Shown piece by piece: positions 1-10,376 of a DNA stretch of 64,000 nucleotides; positions within the stretch are counted from its first letter, which is position 1, and each line of letters starts with the position of its first letter. The DNA is taken from positions 461 through 64,460 of the forward strand of contig JAYENT010000026.1 of assembly GCA_034722245.1 (NCBI GenBank). The letters run 5' to 3'. Below the pieces are notes generated by a model. It saw only the letters and a list, made by a program, of their open reading frames with translations. It made no database searches and was not told the origin of the DNA. The stretch comes from Chloroflexota bacterium. Lineage in GTDB: Bacteria; Chloroflexota; Anaerolineae; UBA1429. Made by a program: the position numbers and the translations under genes.

Positions 1-56
1 ATACCTTGATGCGTTTGGATCTGCCTGCTGGCGTGGATATCGAGATCAAGCTCTAG
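1..56 (+). CDS. rpsJ: 30S ribosomal protein S10, 3' end only (window begins inside the gene)
   Basis: Frame from nt 3 reads TLMRLDLPAGVDIEIKL* which matches the conserved S10 C-terminus; stop TAG at 54-56; followed by rplC as in the S10 operon. Confidence 0.6.
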   Translation, partial: TLMRLDLPAGVDIEIKL

Positions 57-180
57 AGCCGGGCAGGGATGGGTCAAATTTCTTTGTAAACAAAGGGGGA
101 AGAGGCGCTGCCTTGTGGCCCAACTGGGACGATTGTCGTTCTAGCGGCTGCGCATTGTGCTCCCCTGGAGAGGTTATCAA

Positions 181-819
181 GTGAACAGAAAAGGTTTGTT
201 AGGTAGAAAAGTAGGCATGACACAGCTCTTCGATGATGAGGGGCGAGCGGTGCCAGTGACGGTTATTGAGGCTGGCCCCTGCTACGTGACGCAGGTCAAG
301 ACCGTCAACACGGATGGTTACAATGCTATTCAGGTCGGTTTTGGCCATGCGAAAAGCCTTGTCAAGCCAGCTCTTGGACACTTGGGGGATTTGCCCCCTC
401 TACGGCACCTGCGGGAGATAAAGACCGATGACGTGGATCAGTATGAGGTAGGTCAGATGCTTGATGTGACCACATTTGAGCCTGGCGAGGCCGTTGATGT
501 CACGGGCGTCTCAAAGGGTAGGGGGTTTGCTGGTGGCATGAAGCGGTACGGATTTAGTGGAGGTCCCAAAACGCATGGTCAGTCCGACAGGCACCGTGCT
601 GTGGGGTCCATTGGTTCCACCACTACCCCCGGTCGCGTAAAGAAGGGCAAGCGCATGCCCGGACATATGGGTGACGAGCGCGTGACCATGCTGAACCTTG
701 AGGTGGTGCGTGTATATCCCGAGAGGAACCTGATAGCCGTGCATGGATCGGTTCCTGGGCCAAAGCAAGGTTTGCTTCTGATCCGTGATTCCGTTAAGGC
801 TCGGGCGGCGCAAGGATAA
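181..819 (+). CDS. rplC: 50S ribosomal protein L3
   Basis: Translation KGLLGRKVGMTQLFDDEGRAVPVTVIEAGPCYVTQVKT... is canonical L3; GTG at 181 preceded by GGAGAGG SD; ORF track extends to 157 but 181 fits the usual L3 N-terminus. Confidence 0.9.
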   Translation: MNRKGLLGRKVGMTQLFDDEGRAVPVTVIEAGPCYVTQVKTVNTDGYNAIQVGFGHAKSLVKPALGHLGDLPPLRHLREIKTDDVDQYEVGQMLDVTTFEPGEAVDVTGVSKGRGFAGGMKRYGFSGGPKTHGQSDRHRAVGSIGSTTTPGRVKKGKRMPGHMGDERVTMLNLEVVRVYPERNLIAVHGSVPGPKQGLLLIRDSVKARAAQG

Positions 820-873
820 CCATTGGCATCGGTAAGAGGGCTCTTTTGTAAGTAGAGTATAGAGGTTATAGTG

Positions 874-1500
874 ATGCAACTACCCGTTTATAACATGGCT
901 GGGGAAGCCATAGAGGCAATAGAGCTTGCAGATGATATATTTGGTATCATCCCCAATGTGGCAGTGATGCATCAGGCGTTCGAGCGTCAGAGGGCGAATG
1001 CGCGTCAGGGCACACACAAGACCAAGAAGCGGTCGGAGGTCAGTGGGGGCGGGCGTAAACCCTGGCGACAGAAGGGTACCGGTAGGGCGCGTCAGGGGAG
1101 CATCCGCGCACCGCAGTGGAAGGGCGGTGGGACGGTCTTTGGTCCCCAGCCACGCAGTTATGACCAAAAACTGAATCTCAAGATGCGGCGTTTGGCGCTG
1201 CGCTCCGCCCTTGCGGTTAAGGCGGCGGACGAGCAGATCGTCGTCGTCGACAAGCTGGAGATGCCGAAGCCCAAGACCAAGGAGATGGTAGCCCTGCTCG
1301 AGCGTCTGGGGCTGGACACGCCAACTTTGATTCTGCTAGATGTGCCGGACCGGAACGTGGAATTGTCGGCGCGCAATCTTTCCCACGTCAAGACCTTGCG
1401 GGCCACTTATCTCAGTGTGCGAGATCTGCTGAGCTTTGATCGTGTGCTGATGTCTCGTCGTGCGCTTGAGGCGATTGAGGAGACGTTCGGCGCACCCTGA
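874..1500 (+). CDS. rplD: 50S ribosomal protein L4
   Basis: MQLPVYNMAGEAIEAIEL... and RKPWRQKGTGRARQGSIRAPQWKGGG motifs typical of L4; operon position after rplC. Confidence 0.9.
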   Translation: MQLPVYNMAGEAIEAIELADDIFGIIPNVAVMHQAFERQRANARQGTHKTKKRSEVSGGGRKPWRQKGTGRARQGSIRAPQWKGGGTVFGPQPRSYDQKLNLKMRRLALRSALAVKAADEQIVVVDKLEMPKPKTKEMVALLERLGLDTPTLILLDVPDRNVELSARNLSHVKTLRATYLSVRDLLSFDRVLMSRRALEAIEETFGAP

Positions 1501-1564
1501 TGGCGGAGCCGCGTTGTCTTGAGACCACGGACTTTGATTATAGTGGGGGACGGAGGGTGGTGTA

Positions 1565-1852
1565 ATGCAAGCACATAGAATATTAAAGCGGCCCATAGTC
1601 ACAGAGAAAAGTAGCTATCAGGCCGACATGTTGGGGCGCTACACCTTCGAGGTCGATTTGGAAGCGAACAAGCACGAGATTCGTCAGGCGGTCGAGGAGA
1701 TGTTTGACGTTGCGGTGGACGACGTGAATACCATGATCATGCCGGGGAAGCCGCGACGTTTTGGGCGTCGTTTCGGATACACGTCCATGTGGAAAAAGGC
1801 AGTCGTGACGTTGGCTCCTGGCGAAAGCATTAGCTTCTTCGAGGGCGTGTAG
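1565..1852 (+). CDS. rplW: 50S ribosomal protein L23
   Basis: ILKRPIVTEKS...YTFEVDLEANKHEIRQAVEEMF is canonical L23; operon order. Confidence 0.9.
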   Translation: MQAHRILKRPIVTEKSSYQADMLGRYTFEVDLEANKHEIRQAVEEMFDVAVDDVNTMIMPGKPRRFGRRFGYTSMWKKAVVTLAPGESISFFEGV

Positions 1853-1896
1853 CTGCACCATAGTCTGTATGCGGCAATAGTTGAGGAGATCCATTG

Positions 1897-2733
1897 ATGG
1901 CTGTTAAGACGTATAAACCGACGACGCCGTCTCGGCGAGGGATGACAAGTTATACCTTTGACGAGATAACAAAAGAAGAACCCGAAAAGTCCCTGCTGGC
2001 GCCCATAAAGCAAAAAGCGGGGCGTAGTGGTGGCAAGATCACCGTGCGTCATCACGGTGGTGGGCATAAGCGTAGATACCGCATCATCGATTTCAAGCGG
2101 GACAAAAGGGATATTCCTGCCAGAGTCGCCAGCATCGAATATGATCCCAATCGTTCGGCGCGTATAGCTCTGCTGGTGTATGCCGACGGAGAGAAGCGTT
2201 ATATTGTAGCGCCTTTAGGCCTTCAGGTTGGAGACGAGGTGGTGGCCGGGGAAGAAGCGCCAATCCGCGTAGGCAATGCTTTGCCTCTGCACAAAATTCC
2301 CGTCGGTACCACGATTCACAACATTGAGTTGCATAAAGGCAAAGGGGGGCAGTTAGCGCGGGCGGCAGGAACCGCGGCTAGATTGACTGCCAAGGAAGGG
2401 AAATACGTGCAGGTTCGTTTGCCCTCAACAGAGATCCGATTGATCCCTCGCGATTGTATGGCCACTATTGGTCAGGTGAGCAATGTGGAGCACGGCATCA
2501 TCAAGTTGGGCAAGGCGGGGCGAAAGCGCTGGTTGGGGAAAAGGCCGCAAGTACGTGGCTCGGCGATGCCGGCAGGCGAGCATCCGCACGGTGGCGGTGA
2601 GGGGCGCTCTCCCATCGGTATGCCCAGCCCCAAGAGTCCATGGGGCAAACGCACACTGGGCAAGAAGACACGTTCCAACAAGGCGACCGATAAGTACATT
2701 GTGCGTCGACGTGGAGAAGGCAGAGGCAGATAG
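1897..2733 (+). CDS. rplB: 50S ribosomal protein L2
   Basis: [16 protein letters not shown]...[15 protein letters not shown]...HPHGGGEGR motifs of L2; ATG 1897 after GAGGAG SD. Confidence 0.92.
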   Translation: MAVKTYKPTTPSRRGMTSYTFDEITKEEPEKSLLAPIKQKAGRSGGKITVRHHGGGHKRRYRIIDFKRDKRDIPARVASIEYDPNRSARIALLVYADGEKRYIVAPLGLQVGDEVVAGEEAPIRVGNALPLHKIPVGTTIHNIELHKGKGGQLARAAGTAARLTAKEGKYVQVRLPSTEIRLIPRDCMATIGQVSNVEHGIIKLGKAGRKRWLGKRPQVRGSAMPAGEHPHGGGEGRSPIGMPSPKSPWGKRTLGKKTRSNKATDKYIVRRRGEGRGR

Positions 2734-2769
2734 ATTGCATAGTTTGGTTGCTTTGGAGGAGGGTTTCAT

Positions 2770-3063
2770 ATGTCGCGATCTTTGAAAAAGGGTCCTTACG
2801 TTTCGGAGAAGCTGCTGGCCAAGATTGAAGAGATGAATCGTCAGGGAGAGAAAAGGGTTGTTCGGACCTGGTCCAGAGCTTCCACCGTGTTTCCTCAGAT
2901 GGTGGGGCACACCATAGCCGTTCATGACGGGCGGCGACATGTGCCCATCTACATCACAGAGGAGATGGTAGGGCATAAGCTGGGCGAGTTTGCGCCCACG
3001 CGTACCTTCCGTGGCCATGGTCGGAAACGCGAGCAGCGGACCACGATTATGGAAATAGTATAG
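2770..3063 (+). CDS. rpsS: 30S ribosomal protein S19
   Basis: [11 protein letters not shown]...[29 protein letters not shown] is canonical S19. Confidence 0.92.
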   Translation: MSRSLKKGPYVSEKLLAKIEEMNRQGEKRVVRTWSRASTVFPQMVGHTIAVHDGRRHVPIYITEEMVGHKLGEFAPTRTFRGHGRKREQRTTIMEIV

Positions 3064-3147
3064 TTGCAGAGGCAAGTATTGTCTTGCGACAAAGAGTGCT
3101 GGTGTGGATTACCGTAAGCGCGTAAGAGGCTTTTTAGGAGAGCGTGC

Positions 3148-3495
3148 ATGGCTTTGGAAGTCAGAGCAGTGAGAAAATACATTCGTATGTCGGCACAAAA
3201 GGTGCGCTTGGTGGTGGATCTGGTGCGCGGGAAGGAAGTGGACGAGGCGTTAGCCATTTTGCAGTTCACACCAAAAGCGGCGGCCAAGGAAGTAGCAAAG
3301 ACGATATCGTCCGCGGTCGCCAATGCCGAAGAGAACTATGGGCTTTCGCGAGACGAACTGTTCGTTTCCCAGATCATGGCCGACGAGGGGCCCACGTTGA
3401 AGCGTGGCAGGGCGGGCGCGCGAGGGCGTTATAAGCCTATACTGAAGCGGAGCACGCACCTCACCGTGGTGTTGGCCGAGAAGGATGAGGGGTAG
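3148..3495 (+). CDS. rplV: 50S ribosomal protein L22
   Basis: MALEVRAVRKYIRMSAQKVRLVVDLVRGKEVDEALAILQFTPKAAAKEV... is canonical L22. Confidence 0.9.
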   Translation: MALEVRAVRKYIRMSAQKVRLVVDLVRGKEVDEALAILQFTPKAAAKEVAKTISSAVANAEENYGLSRDELFVSQIMADEGPTLKRGRAGARGRYKPILKRSTHLTVVLAEKDEG

Positions 3496-3578
3496 TTGAT
3501 TGTGAATTGTTCGTCACTTAAGGCGATGGCTTTGCCCATCTCTATGTGGCAAAGGGGTTATTATAGGTATGGGAGCTT

Positions 3579-3779
3579 ATGAAGGCACAAGAACTTCGTG
3601 AGATGACGCCAGAGGAATTGACCCGGACGCTGGAGGACTTGCAGCGGGAGATGGTGAATCTCCGATTTCAATTGGCAACGCGGCAGTTGGATAATGTGAG
3701 TCGAATGAAGCAGGTGCGGCAGGATATCGCACGGATCAAGACGATTAAGCGCGAGCGAGAGCTCGAAACGGAGGGATAG
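3579..3779 (+). CDS. rpmC: 50S ribosomal protein L29
   Basis: MKAQELREMTPEELTRTLEDLQREMVNLRFQLATRQL... is typical L29; it directly follows rplV with no rpsC/rplP in between. Confidence 0.85.
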   Translation: MKAQELREMTPEELTRTLEDLQREMVNLRFQLATRQLDNVSRMKQVRQDIARIKTIKRERELETEG

Positions 3780-3784
3780 ACGAC

Positions 3785-4033
3785 ATGCCGCGTAGGACAA
3801 TGCGTGGTTACGTGATAAGCGACAAAATGCAAAAGACCGTGATGGTGGAAATCATGAGGACGAAGCGCCATCCCCTCTACAAAAAGGTCTTGCGTACCAC
3901 CAAAAAGTTCATGGCTCATGACGAAGAAGAGGAGTGCAGAGAGGGCGATTTTGTCGAGATCGAAGAATGTCGCCCCCTCAGTCGCCGTAAGCATTGGAGG
4001 GTGACCCAGATTCTGAGGCACGCGGGGACATAG
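3785..4033 (+). CDS. rpsQ: 30S ribosomal protein S17
   Basis: RRTMRGYVISDKMQKTVMVEIMRTKRHPLYKKV... is canonical S17. Confidence 0.9.
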   Translation: MPRRTMRGYVISDKMQKTVMVEIMRTKRHPLYKKVLRTTKKFMAHDEEEECREGDFVEIEECRPLSRRKHWRVTQILRHAGT

Positions 4034-4106
4034 CGTCGGCGGCGGGGGTTGAAGGCTTTGAAAAAGCCGAACAACCTGCGAATATTAGAGTGTGGAGTAT
4101 TAGAAG

Positions 4107-4475
4107 ATGATTCAGGCGTATAGCAATTTGAACGTGGCTGACAATACCGGAGCGCGTCGCATCATGTGCCTACGGGTACTAGGGGGATCTGGACGCCGCT
4201 ACGCTGGGGTGGGTGATATTATTGTTGCGTCTGTTAAAGAGGCGGCCCCCGGTGGCTTAGTGAGCAAGAAGGATATCGTACATGCTGTCATCGTGCGTAC
4301 AGCAAAAGGGTATAGCCGCCCGGATGGCTCACACATAAAGTTTGACGATAACGCGGCAGTTATTCTGGACGACGCCACGAACCCCAGGGGAACACGGATA
4401 TTTGGGCCCGTCGCTCGTGAGTTGCGTGAACGTGGTTTCATGCGCATCGTTTCACTTTCACCCGAGGTAGTCTAG
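4107..4475 (+). CDS. rplN: 50S ribosomal protein L14
   Basis: [27 protein letters not shown]... is canonical L14. Confidence 0.92.
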   Translation: MIQAYSNLNVADNTGARRIMCLRVLGGSGRRYAGVGDIIVASVKEAAPGGLVSKKDIVHAVIVRTAKGYSRPDGSHIKFDDNAAVILDDATNPRGTRIFGPVARELRERGFMRIVSLSPEVV

Positions 4476-4524
4476 AGTCGCTGTTGGCGCACGCAGGTTG
4501 GGCGGTTGTTTCAGGGAGTTGGCT

Positions 4525-4839
4525 ATGAAGATCAAACGGGGGGATACGGTCGAGGTCATAAGTGGTAACGATAGAGGGCTTCGAGGGACAGTGCGGACCG
4601 TTTTCCCAAAAGAGGACAGGGTTATCGTTTCTGGTGTGAATATTGTGCGAAAACACCAGCGACCTACGCAAGATAGATCGGCGCAGGTCGGTATTATCGA
4701 GATGGAAGCTCCTTTGCACGTGTCGAACGTCGCGCTTGTGTGTCCACATTGCAACAGGCCTATGCGAGTGGGCTATGAGGTGTTGGAGGACGGCACCAAG
4801 TCACGCGTTTGCCGCAAGTGCGGCGAGCTTATCGACTAG
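4525..4839 (+). CDS. rplX: 50S ribosomal protein L24 with a C-terminal Cys4 zinc-ribbon-like segment
   Basis: [47 protein letters not shown]... KOW domain of L24; ATG 4525 after AGGGAG SD; the ORF-track start at 4498 is an upstream in-frame extension. Confidence 0.85.
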   Translation: MKIKRGDTVEVISGNDRGLRGTVRTVFPKEDRVIVSGVNIVRKHQRPTQDRSAQVGIIEMEAPLHVSNVALVCPHCNRPMRVGYEVLEDGTKSRVCRKCGELID

Positions 4840-4858
4840 ATTGGCTGGAGATTGGGGC

Positions 4859-5407
4859 ATGGCACCTAGATTGAAAGAACGTTACGAAAACGAAGTTGTG
4901 CCTGGGATGATGGAGCATTTTTCCTATGATAACGTAATGGAGGTGCCCCGCCTGGAGAAAGTCGTCTTGAACGTTGGTCTGGGGGAGGCACTGGAGAACC
5001 CCAGTGCTCTGGAGGCTGCCTCTGAAGACCTGGCCATGATCACAGGACAGCGGCCGGTCATCACTCGGGCGCGCAAGTCATTGGCGGTACATCAGGTCCG
5101 TGCTGGCGATCCCATAGGCATCAAGGTTACGCTTCGTGGCGAGCGGATGTATTCTTTTCTTGACCGACTGATGAATATCGCTTTGCCGCGCCAGCGCGAC
5201 TTTCGAGGCGTCAAGAGGACGGCGTTTGATGGACGCGGTAACTATACTCTGGGATTGAGTGAGCAGGTGATCTTTTTGGAAGTGGATTACGATTCTATCG
5301 ACCGTGTCCGTGGTTTGGAGGTGTGCATCGTAACCACAGCTGAGACGGACGAGGAAGGGCGCTATCTGTTAGGGGCCCTGGGGATGCCCTTTGCCAGGGC
5401 GCGGTAA
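4859..5407 (+). CDS. rplE: 50S ribosomal protein L5
   Basis: [44 protein letters not shown]... is canonical L5; ATG at 4859 (ORF-track start 4643 overlaps rplX in frame). Confidence 0.9.
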   Translation: MAPRLKERYENEVVPGMMEHFSYDNVMEVPRLEKVVLNVGLGEALENPSALEAASEDLAMITGQRPVITRARKSLAVHQVRAGDPIGIKVTLRGERMYSFLDRLMNIALPRQRDFRGVKRTAFDGRGNYTLGLSEQVIFLEVDYDSIDRVRGLEVCIVTTAETDEEGRYLLGALGMPFARAR

Positions 5408-5483
5408 GGGTGTTTACTGGGGAGTACCAATTGGTCACATGTGACGTGGTCCGTTGATTTGGAAGGTGTGAAGGGGAGTTGTT

Positions 5484-5666
5484 GTGGCAAGGAAATGTCT
5501 GATTGAACGCGAGAAGGATCGCAAATATGAGGTGCGCGAGCATAACCGTTGCGCCATTTGTGGCAGATCGCGCGGATATATGCGCCGATTCGGTATATGC
5601 CGTGTTTGCTTTCGCGAGTTGGCGATGGAAGGAAAGATCCCTGGCGTAGTCAAGGCCAGTTGGTAG
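5484..5666 (+). CDS. rpsZ: 30S ribosomal protein S14, type Z (zinc-binding, 60 aa)
   Basis: [46 protein letters not shown] with CxxC...CxxC; size and position between rplE and rpsH. Confidence 0.85.
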   Translation: MARKCLIEREKDRKYEVREHNRCAICGRSRGYMRRFGICRVCFRELAMEGKIPGVVKASW

Positions 5667-5778
5667 AATAGGAGATAATTGGCTTGGACCTGTTACAGAC
5701 GCCGAGTTCATTCACCCTTTGGTCGAGGTCTTAGAGGTGTATGGAAGCCAGGATTGAGATATAGGGAGTTTGTCGCAC

Positions 5779-6177
5779 ATGACCGTAACTGATTCCGTTG
5801 GAGATATGCTGACGCGTATCCGTAATTCGCTGGCCATGGGGTATGATGATGTCATTATACCGTCTTCACGACTGAAGGAGGCCATCGCGCGTGTGCTGCA
5901 GTCGGAGGGGTATATCTATGGCTACGAGGTGGTGCGTGATGGCAGCTACCCGGTATTGAGGGTCCATCTCAAATATACGGAGGATGAGGAGCCGGTTCTC
6001 AGAGGGCTCGAGCGAGTTAGCAAGCCTGGTTGCCGTATTTACACCAAAAAGAAGGACATTCCCTGGGTCAAAGCAGGGCTGGGGAATGTGATATTATCAA
6101 CTCCCCAGGGTGTAATGACGGGTAGAGAGGCGCGTCGCGTTGGAGTAGGGGGAGAGATTCTCTGTAAAGTGTGGTAG
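5779..6177 (+). CDS. rpsH: 30S ribosomal protein S8
   Basis: MTVTDSVGDMLTRIRNSLAMG... is canonical S8; ATG 5779 with GGGAG SD (ORF-track TTG at 5770 abuts the SD). Confidence 0.9.
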   Translation: MTVTDSVGDMLTRIRNSLAMGYDDVIIPSSRLKEAIARVLQSEGYIYGYEVVRDGSYPVLRVHLKYTEDEEPVLRGLERVSKPGCRIYTKKKDIPWVKAGLGNVILSTPQGVMTGREARRVGVGGEILCKVW

Positions 6178-6211
6178 CCGCAGAGAGTGTTGGTAGTAGG
6201 AGGTATGGATT

Positions 6212-6775
6212 GTGTCTAGAATTGGACGCATGCCTGTTCCGGTGCCAGAGGGCGTTTCTGCCAGTATGACGGGCAATGTTGTGACGATAGATGGTCCCCG
6301 TGGAAAACTTATAAAAGAGTTTCATCCCAATATGACCATTCATTTGGAGGATGATACCATTACCGTCTCGCGACCCAATGATAGTCGTGTGAACAGAGAG
6401 TTGCACGGTTTAACGCGCGCCCTACTGGCCAATATGGTTGAGGGCGTGACAGAAGGGTTCGAGAAGCGACTTGTGATCAACGGAGTGGGGTATCGGGCGG
6501 AGAAGGACGGCGAGGCCATCGTTTTGCAGGTGGGCTTCAGTCACCCTGTAAGGGTTGAGCCGCCCGAGGGCATAACCTTTACCGTAGAGAATCGGGGACA
6601 GCTCATCATCGTGGGAGGCAGCGACAAAGAACTGGTTGGGCAGGTCGCGGCCCAGATACGTGCTGTGCGGAAACCCGAACCCTACAAAGGCAAAGGCATC
6701 GCTTATGAGGATGAGAGAATTCGACGCAAGGCTGGCAAGGCTGGCAGAGTCGGATTGGGAGTTGGAGGCGTATAA
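6212..6775 (+). CDS. rplF: 50S ribosomal protein L6
   Basis: [32 protein letters not shown]... is canonical L6; GTG start after AGGAGG. Confidence 0.9.
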   Translation: MSRIGRMPVPVPEGVSASMTGNVVTIDGPRGKLIKEFHPNMTIHLEDDTITVSRPNDSRVNRELHGLTRALLANMVEGVTEGFEKRLVINGVGYRAEKDGEAIVLQVGFSHPVRVEPPEGITFTVENRGQLIIVGGSDKELVGQVAAQIRAVRKPEPYKGKGIAYEDERIRRKAGKAGRVGLGVGGV

Positions 6776-7134
6776 TGGCTGATGCTCTTCAGGCACGGAA
6801 GCGTCGGCACCGTCGAGTACGTAGCCAGGTCGTTGGCACAACAGAGAGGCCGCGCCTGAACGTTTTCCGGAGTCTACGTCATATCTATGCTCAGATCATC
6901 GACGATTCTATCGGTCATACGCTGGTTTCTTCTTCGACAGTGGATAAAGAGATCAGGGATGAATGTGCAGAATTGTCCAAGACCGAGGCGGCCCGGATGG
7001 TAGGCGAGACGCTGGCTGAGCGGGCCTTGGATCGGGGTATCACCACCGTTGTCTTTGACCGTGGTGGCTATAGATATCATGGGCGTGTACGGGCGCTTGC
7101 TGAGGCCGCTCGTGAGGGAGGGCTGGATTTCTAG
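6775..7134 (+). CDS. rplR: 50S ribosomal protein L18
   Basis: [36 protein letters not shown]...[26 protein letters not shown]; start overlaps rplF stop (TAATG). Confidence 0.9.
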   Translation: MADALQARKRRHRRVRSQVVGTTERPRLNVFRSLRHIYAQIIDDSIGHTLVSSSTVDKEIRDECAELSKTEAARMVGETLAERALDRGITTVVFDRGGYRYHGRVRALAEAAREGGLDF

Positions 7135-7192
7135 ATGATGCGAGACTATTCTGCGCGGCGGGGAACCGCAAGGGTGGTAGGCGGGGAGATGC

Positions 7193-7723
7193 ATGATGGC
7201 TGATAGGGACGAACGGGATAGAGAGCAGGAGCTGGACGAACGCGTTGTGAGTATCGCTCGTGTCTCCAACGTGGTAAAGGGCGGACGTCGTTTCAGCTTC
7301 CGAGCCCTTACAGTGGTTGGGGACAGAAGTGGACGCGTCGGAGTGGGTGTGGGGAAGGCGCGAGAGGTCCCGGCTGCAATACGCAAGAGTTTTGATCGCG
7401 CGCGAAAAAACATGGTTTCCGTTTCTCTGAGTGATGACCGGACATTGCCCCACGAACTGACGGTCGAGTATGGGGCGGCCAAGGTATTCATGAAACCGGC
7501 CTCTCCCGGAACGGGCATCATCGCTGGCGGCGGGGCACGCGCTGTTCTGGAGGCCGCTGGCGTGAAGGACGTGCTGTCCAAATCTTTGGGGAGCGACAAT
7601 ATTGTCAACGTGGTAAGGGCGACGTTCAAGGGTTTGACGGAGGTCATGGATCTGGAGTCGCGGGCGAGAGCGCGTGGCAAGTCGGTGGAGGATCTCCTTC
7701 CGCCGTGGAAGGTGGCAGGGTAA
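7193..7723 (+). CDS. rpsE: 30S ribosomal protein S5
   Basis: [49 protein letters not shown]... is canonical S5. Confidence 0.9.
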   Translation: MMADRDERDREQELDERVVSIARVSNVVKGGRRFSFRALTVVGDRSGRVGVGVGKAREVPAAIRKSFDRARKNMVSVSLSDDRTLPHELTVEYGAAKVFMKPASPGTGIIAGGGARAVLEAAGVKDVLSKSLGSDNIVNVVRATFKGLTEVMDLESRARARGKSVEDLLPPWKVAG

Positions 7724-7724
7724 G

Positions 7725-7913
7725 ATGGCGGCTAAGCTCCGAATGAAATACGTCAAGAGTGCTATCGGTTACAGCAAAAAGCAGAAAGAGACGATACGGG
7801 CCTTGGGATTTCGTCATCTGAACGAGACGGTGGAGCGGGACGATAACGCCGTTATCCGAGGGATGGTGAACAAGGTACGGCATCTATTAGAGGTGGAAGA
7901 GATAGAGTCATGA
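7725..7913 (+). CDS. rpmD: 50S ribosomal protein L30
   Basis: [60 protein letters not shown] is L30; ATG 7725 chosen over the longer ORF-track extension. Confidence 0.8.
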   Translation: MAAKLRMKYVKSAIGYSKKQKETIRALGFRHLNETVERDDNAVIRGMVNKVRHLLEVEEIES

Positions 7914-8365
7914 AGTTGCATGAGCTGAAACAACCTGAGGGAGCCAAGCGTTCTGGCAAACGCCGTGGTCGCGGTATAGCGGCTGGCCAAGGAAAGACGG
8001 GCGGCTATGGCACCAAGGGGCAGAATGCGCGCTCCGGCCGGGGCGGCAAACCCTATTTCGAGGGTGGCCAGTTGCCCCTGGTCAGACGATTGCCCATCAA
8101 GCGGGGATTCAGGAATGTGAACCGCGTCGAGTATGAGGTGGTGAACGTATGGGCTCTGAATCGGTTTGAGGATGGCAGCACGGTCGATCTCAATGCCCTG
8201 TGCGAGGCCGGGTTGGTGAAAAAGGGTGATCGCCCTCTCAAGATTCTTGGAGACGGGGAGCTTGATCGCGAGCTGATAGTTTTAGCAGATGCCTTTTCCG
8301 AGACGGCGAGGGAAAAGATCGAGGCTGCCGGCGGCAGTGCCGAGACCACAGGGACTTTCGCCTAG
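7910..8365 (+). CDS. rplO: 50S ribosomal protein L15
   Basis: [57 protein letters not shown] is canonical L15; start overlaps rpmD stop. Confidence 0.9.
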   Translation: MKLHELKQPEGAKRSGKRRGRGIAAGQGKTGGYGTKGQNARSGRGGKPYFEGGQLPLVRRLPIKRGFRNVNRVEYEVVNVWALNRFEDGSTVDLNALCEAGLVKKGDRPLKILGDGELDRELIVLADAFSETAREKIEAAGGSAETTGTFA

Positions 8366-8403
8366 AGGGATCGTCGCGCGAATGATGCAGACGGAGGGGA
8401 TTG

Positions 8404-9708
8404 ATGCTCCAAGCGGTTGCTAACGCTTTCAAGGTTCCGGATCTGCGAAAACGCATATTGTTTACGTTGCTGATACTCGTGATCTATCGATTTGCCGCCC
8501 ACGTTCCCCTTCCGGGGGTGGATGTAGAGGCTCTTAGGCAAGTCTTTCAGCAGAATCAACTGCTGGGCCTACTGGACATGTTTTCCGGCGGGGCTATGTC
8601 CAACTTTTCTGTGATGGCCATGGGAGTCTATCCGTTTATCACCGCACAGATCGTTTTGCAGTTGCTGACGCCGATCATTCCCATGCTCGATGCGTTGAGT
8701 CAGGAGGGAGCTGCTGGGCGACAGAGAATCAATATGTATACGCACTTGGTTACCATTCCCCTGGCTATGCTGCAGGGGTTCGGTCAGGCATCGCTCTTGG
8801 CGCGGTCGACGGGGGCGGCGGGCCCCGTTATTCGGAACTTTGGCTTTGGACCTGGTACGTGGCTTTCCACGCTGGCGACACTGCTGACTTTGACGGGCGG
8901 GACCATGTTTGCCATTTGGCTTGGAGAGCTGATTGATGAACAAGGCATCGGCAACGGTCTTTCCATCATCATCTTTGGTGGCATTGTGGCAGGGATTCCA
9001 CAGCGTTTGGCCCAGATGTGGGTGTCTAACCCCTGGGCTATCGTTGTTTTCGCCTTTATCACCGCGGTTACCGTGGTGGGTATCGTGTTTGTGCACGAGG
9101 GGCAGCGGCGCATACCGGTGCGCTATGCCAGGCGTGTCCGCGGTAATAAGGTATATGGGGGACAGAGCACACATATTCCCCTGCAGGTTAATTCGGCAGG
9201 CATGATTCCCTTGATATTTGCCGTCTCCATCGTTATGCTGCCGGGCGTGATATCCAGCTATTTTGTGAATTCCAACGTGGAGGTGGTGCGGAATATAGCA
9301 GTAACTGTGTCTGGGCTCTTTGATTCCACCAGCGCGTTCTATTGGATTCTCTATTTCTTGCTGGTTGTAGGTTTCACTTATTTCTATACGGATATCATAT
9401 TTCAACAGCAGGATCTAGCAGGCACCTTGAAACGGCAGGGAGGCTTTATTCCCGGAATTCGGCCTGGCGCGCGTACGAGGGAGTATCTTAACAGTGTGGT
9501 TACGCGCATCACCCTGGTGGGTGCTCTTTTCTTGGGGATCGTAGCCATTTTGCCGTTTCTTGTGCGCCCTATTGCTGGAACGAGCCAGATGTTGGTAACG
9601 AGTACAGGGCTGTTGATTGTGGTTGGGGTGGTGCTAGATACGATGAAGCAGTTGGAGTCCCAACTGATGATGCGGCATTATGAAGGATTCATACGGAAGA
9701 TGAGATAA
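8404..9708 (+). CDS. secY: Preprotein translocase subunit SecY
   Basis: 10-TM protein with MLQAVANAFKVPDLRKRILFTLLILVIYRFAAHVPLPGVD...; position after rplO. Confidence 0.92.
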   Translation: MLQAVANAFKVPDLRKRILFTLLILVIYRFAAHVPLPGVDVEALRQVFQQNQLLGLLDMFSGGAMSNFSVMAMGVYPFITAQIVLQLLTPIIPMLDALSQEGAAGRQRINMYTHLVTIPLAMLQGFGQASLLARSTGAAGPVIRNFGFGPGTWLSTLATLLTLTGGTMFAIWLGELIDEQGIGNGLSIIIFGGIVAGIPQRLAQMWVSNPWAIVVFAFITAVTVVGIVFVHEGQRRIPVRYARRVRGNKVYGGQSTHIPLQVNSAGMIPLIFAVSIVMLPGVISSYFVNSNVEVVRNIAVTVSGLFDSTSAFYWILYFLLVVGFTYFYTDIIFQQQDLAGTLKRQGGFIPGIRPGARTREYLNSVVTRITLVGALFLGIVAILPFLVRPIAGTSQMLVTSTGLLIVVGVVLDTMKQLESQLMMRHYEGFIRKMR

Positions 9709-10376
9709 TGGAGATGGCCATCGATTTGGTATTGTTGGGTCCCCCGGGTGCGGGCAAGGGAACCCAGGCAGAGTTGTTGAGCGATTGGCTTGATATACCT
9801 GCTGTGTCCACCGGTGATCTGTTTAGAAAGGCGATGGCTGAATCCACGGAGTTGGGAGTGCAGGCCAAGGGCTATATCGAGCGGGGGGATTTGGTGCCTG
9901 ATGAGGTGACTGTTGGTATGGTGCGGGAGCGCCTGACAAATTCCGACTGTGACGAGGGGGTGATCCTGGATGGATTCCCTCGCACTGTGCCCCAGGCAGA
10001 TGCTTTGGAAGCGTTGCTGGTAGACATGGGGCGTCGGCTCGATGCGGCACTCTACATTGAGGTCTCACGGGACGAGTTGCTGCGAAGGCTGGGAGAGCGC
10101 TGGACCTGCCGCGAGTGCGGTGAGGTGTATCATGAGATTTACGACCCTCCTGAGCAAGAAGGGGTGTGTGATAAGTGCGGGGGCGAACTTTATCAGCGCT
10201 CCGACGACACCCCAGAGGCACAGGAGCAGCGTGTCAAGGTCTATCTAGAACAGACGGCCCCTTTGTACGATTATTACGCGGAAGATGGGCTGCTCATCGA
10301 AATAGACGGGGAGCAGGAGATTGATGCTGTTCAACAGGAGATCAGAGAGGCGATTTCCAGATTGAAGGGAGATTGA
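9708..10376 (+). CDS. adk: Adenylate kinase with zinc-binding LID
   Basis: LLGPPGAGKGTQAELL P-loop; LID has CRECGEVY...CDKCG Cys4; overlaps secY stop by 1 nt. Confidence 0.9.
   Translation: MEMAIDLVLLGPPGAGKGTQAELLSDWLDIPAVSTGDLFRKAMAESTELGVQAKGYIERGDLVPDEVTVGMVRERLTNSDCDEGVILDGFPRTVPQADALEALLVDMGRRLDAALYIEVSRDELLRRLGERWTCRECGEVYHEIYDPPEQEGVCDKCGGELYQRSDDTPEAQEQRVKVYLEQTAPLYDYYAEDGLLIEIDGEQEIDAVQQEIREAISRLKGD

Noticed and set aside
2425-3075. 216-aa minus-strand ORF antisense to rplB/rpsS, and similar antisense ORFs at 6874-7680, 7040-7756, 8569-9405, 12362-13099
   Set aside because: They lie entirely antisense within highly conserved ribosomal/secY/rpoA genes. They are high-GC stop-codon-poor artefacts with no recognisable protein features.
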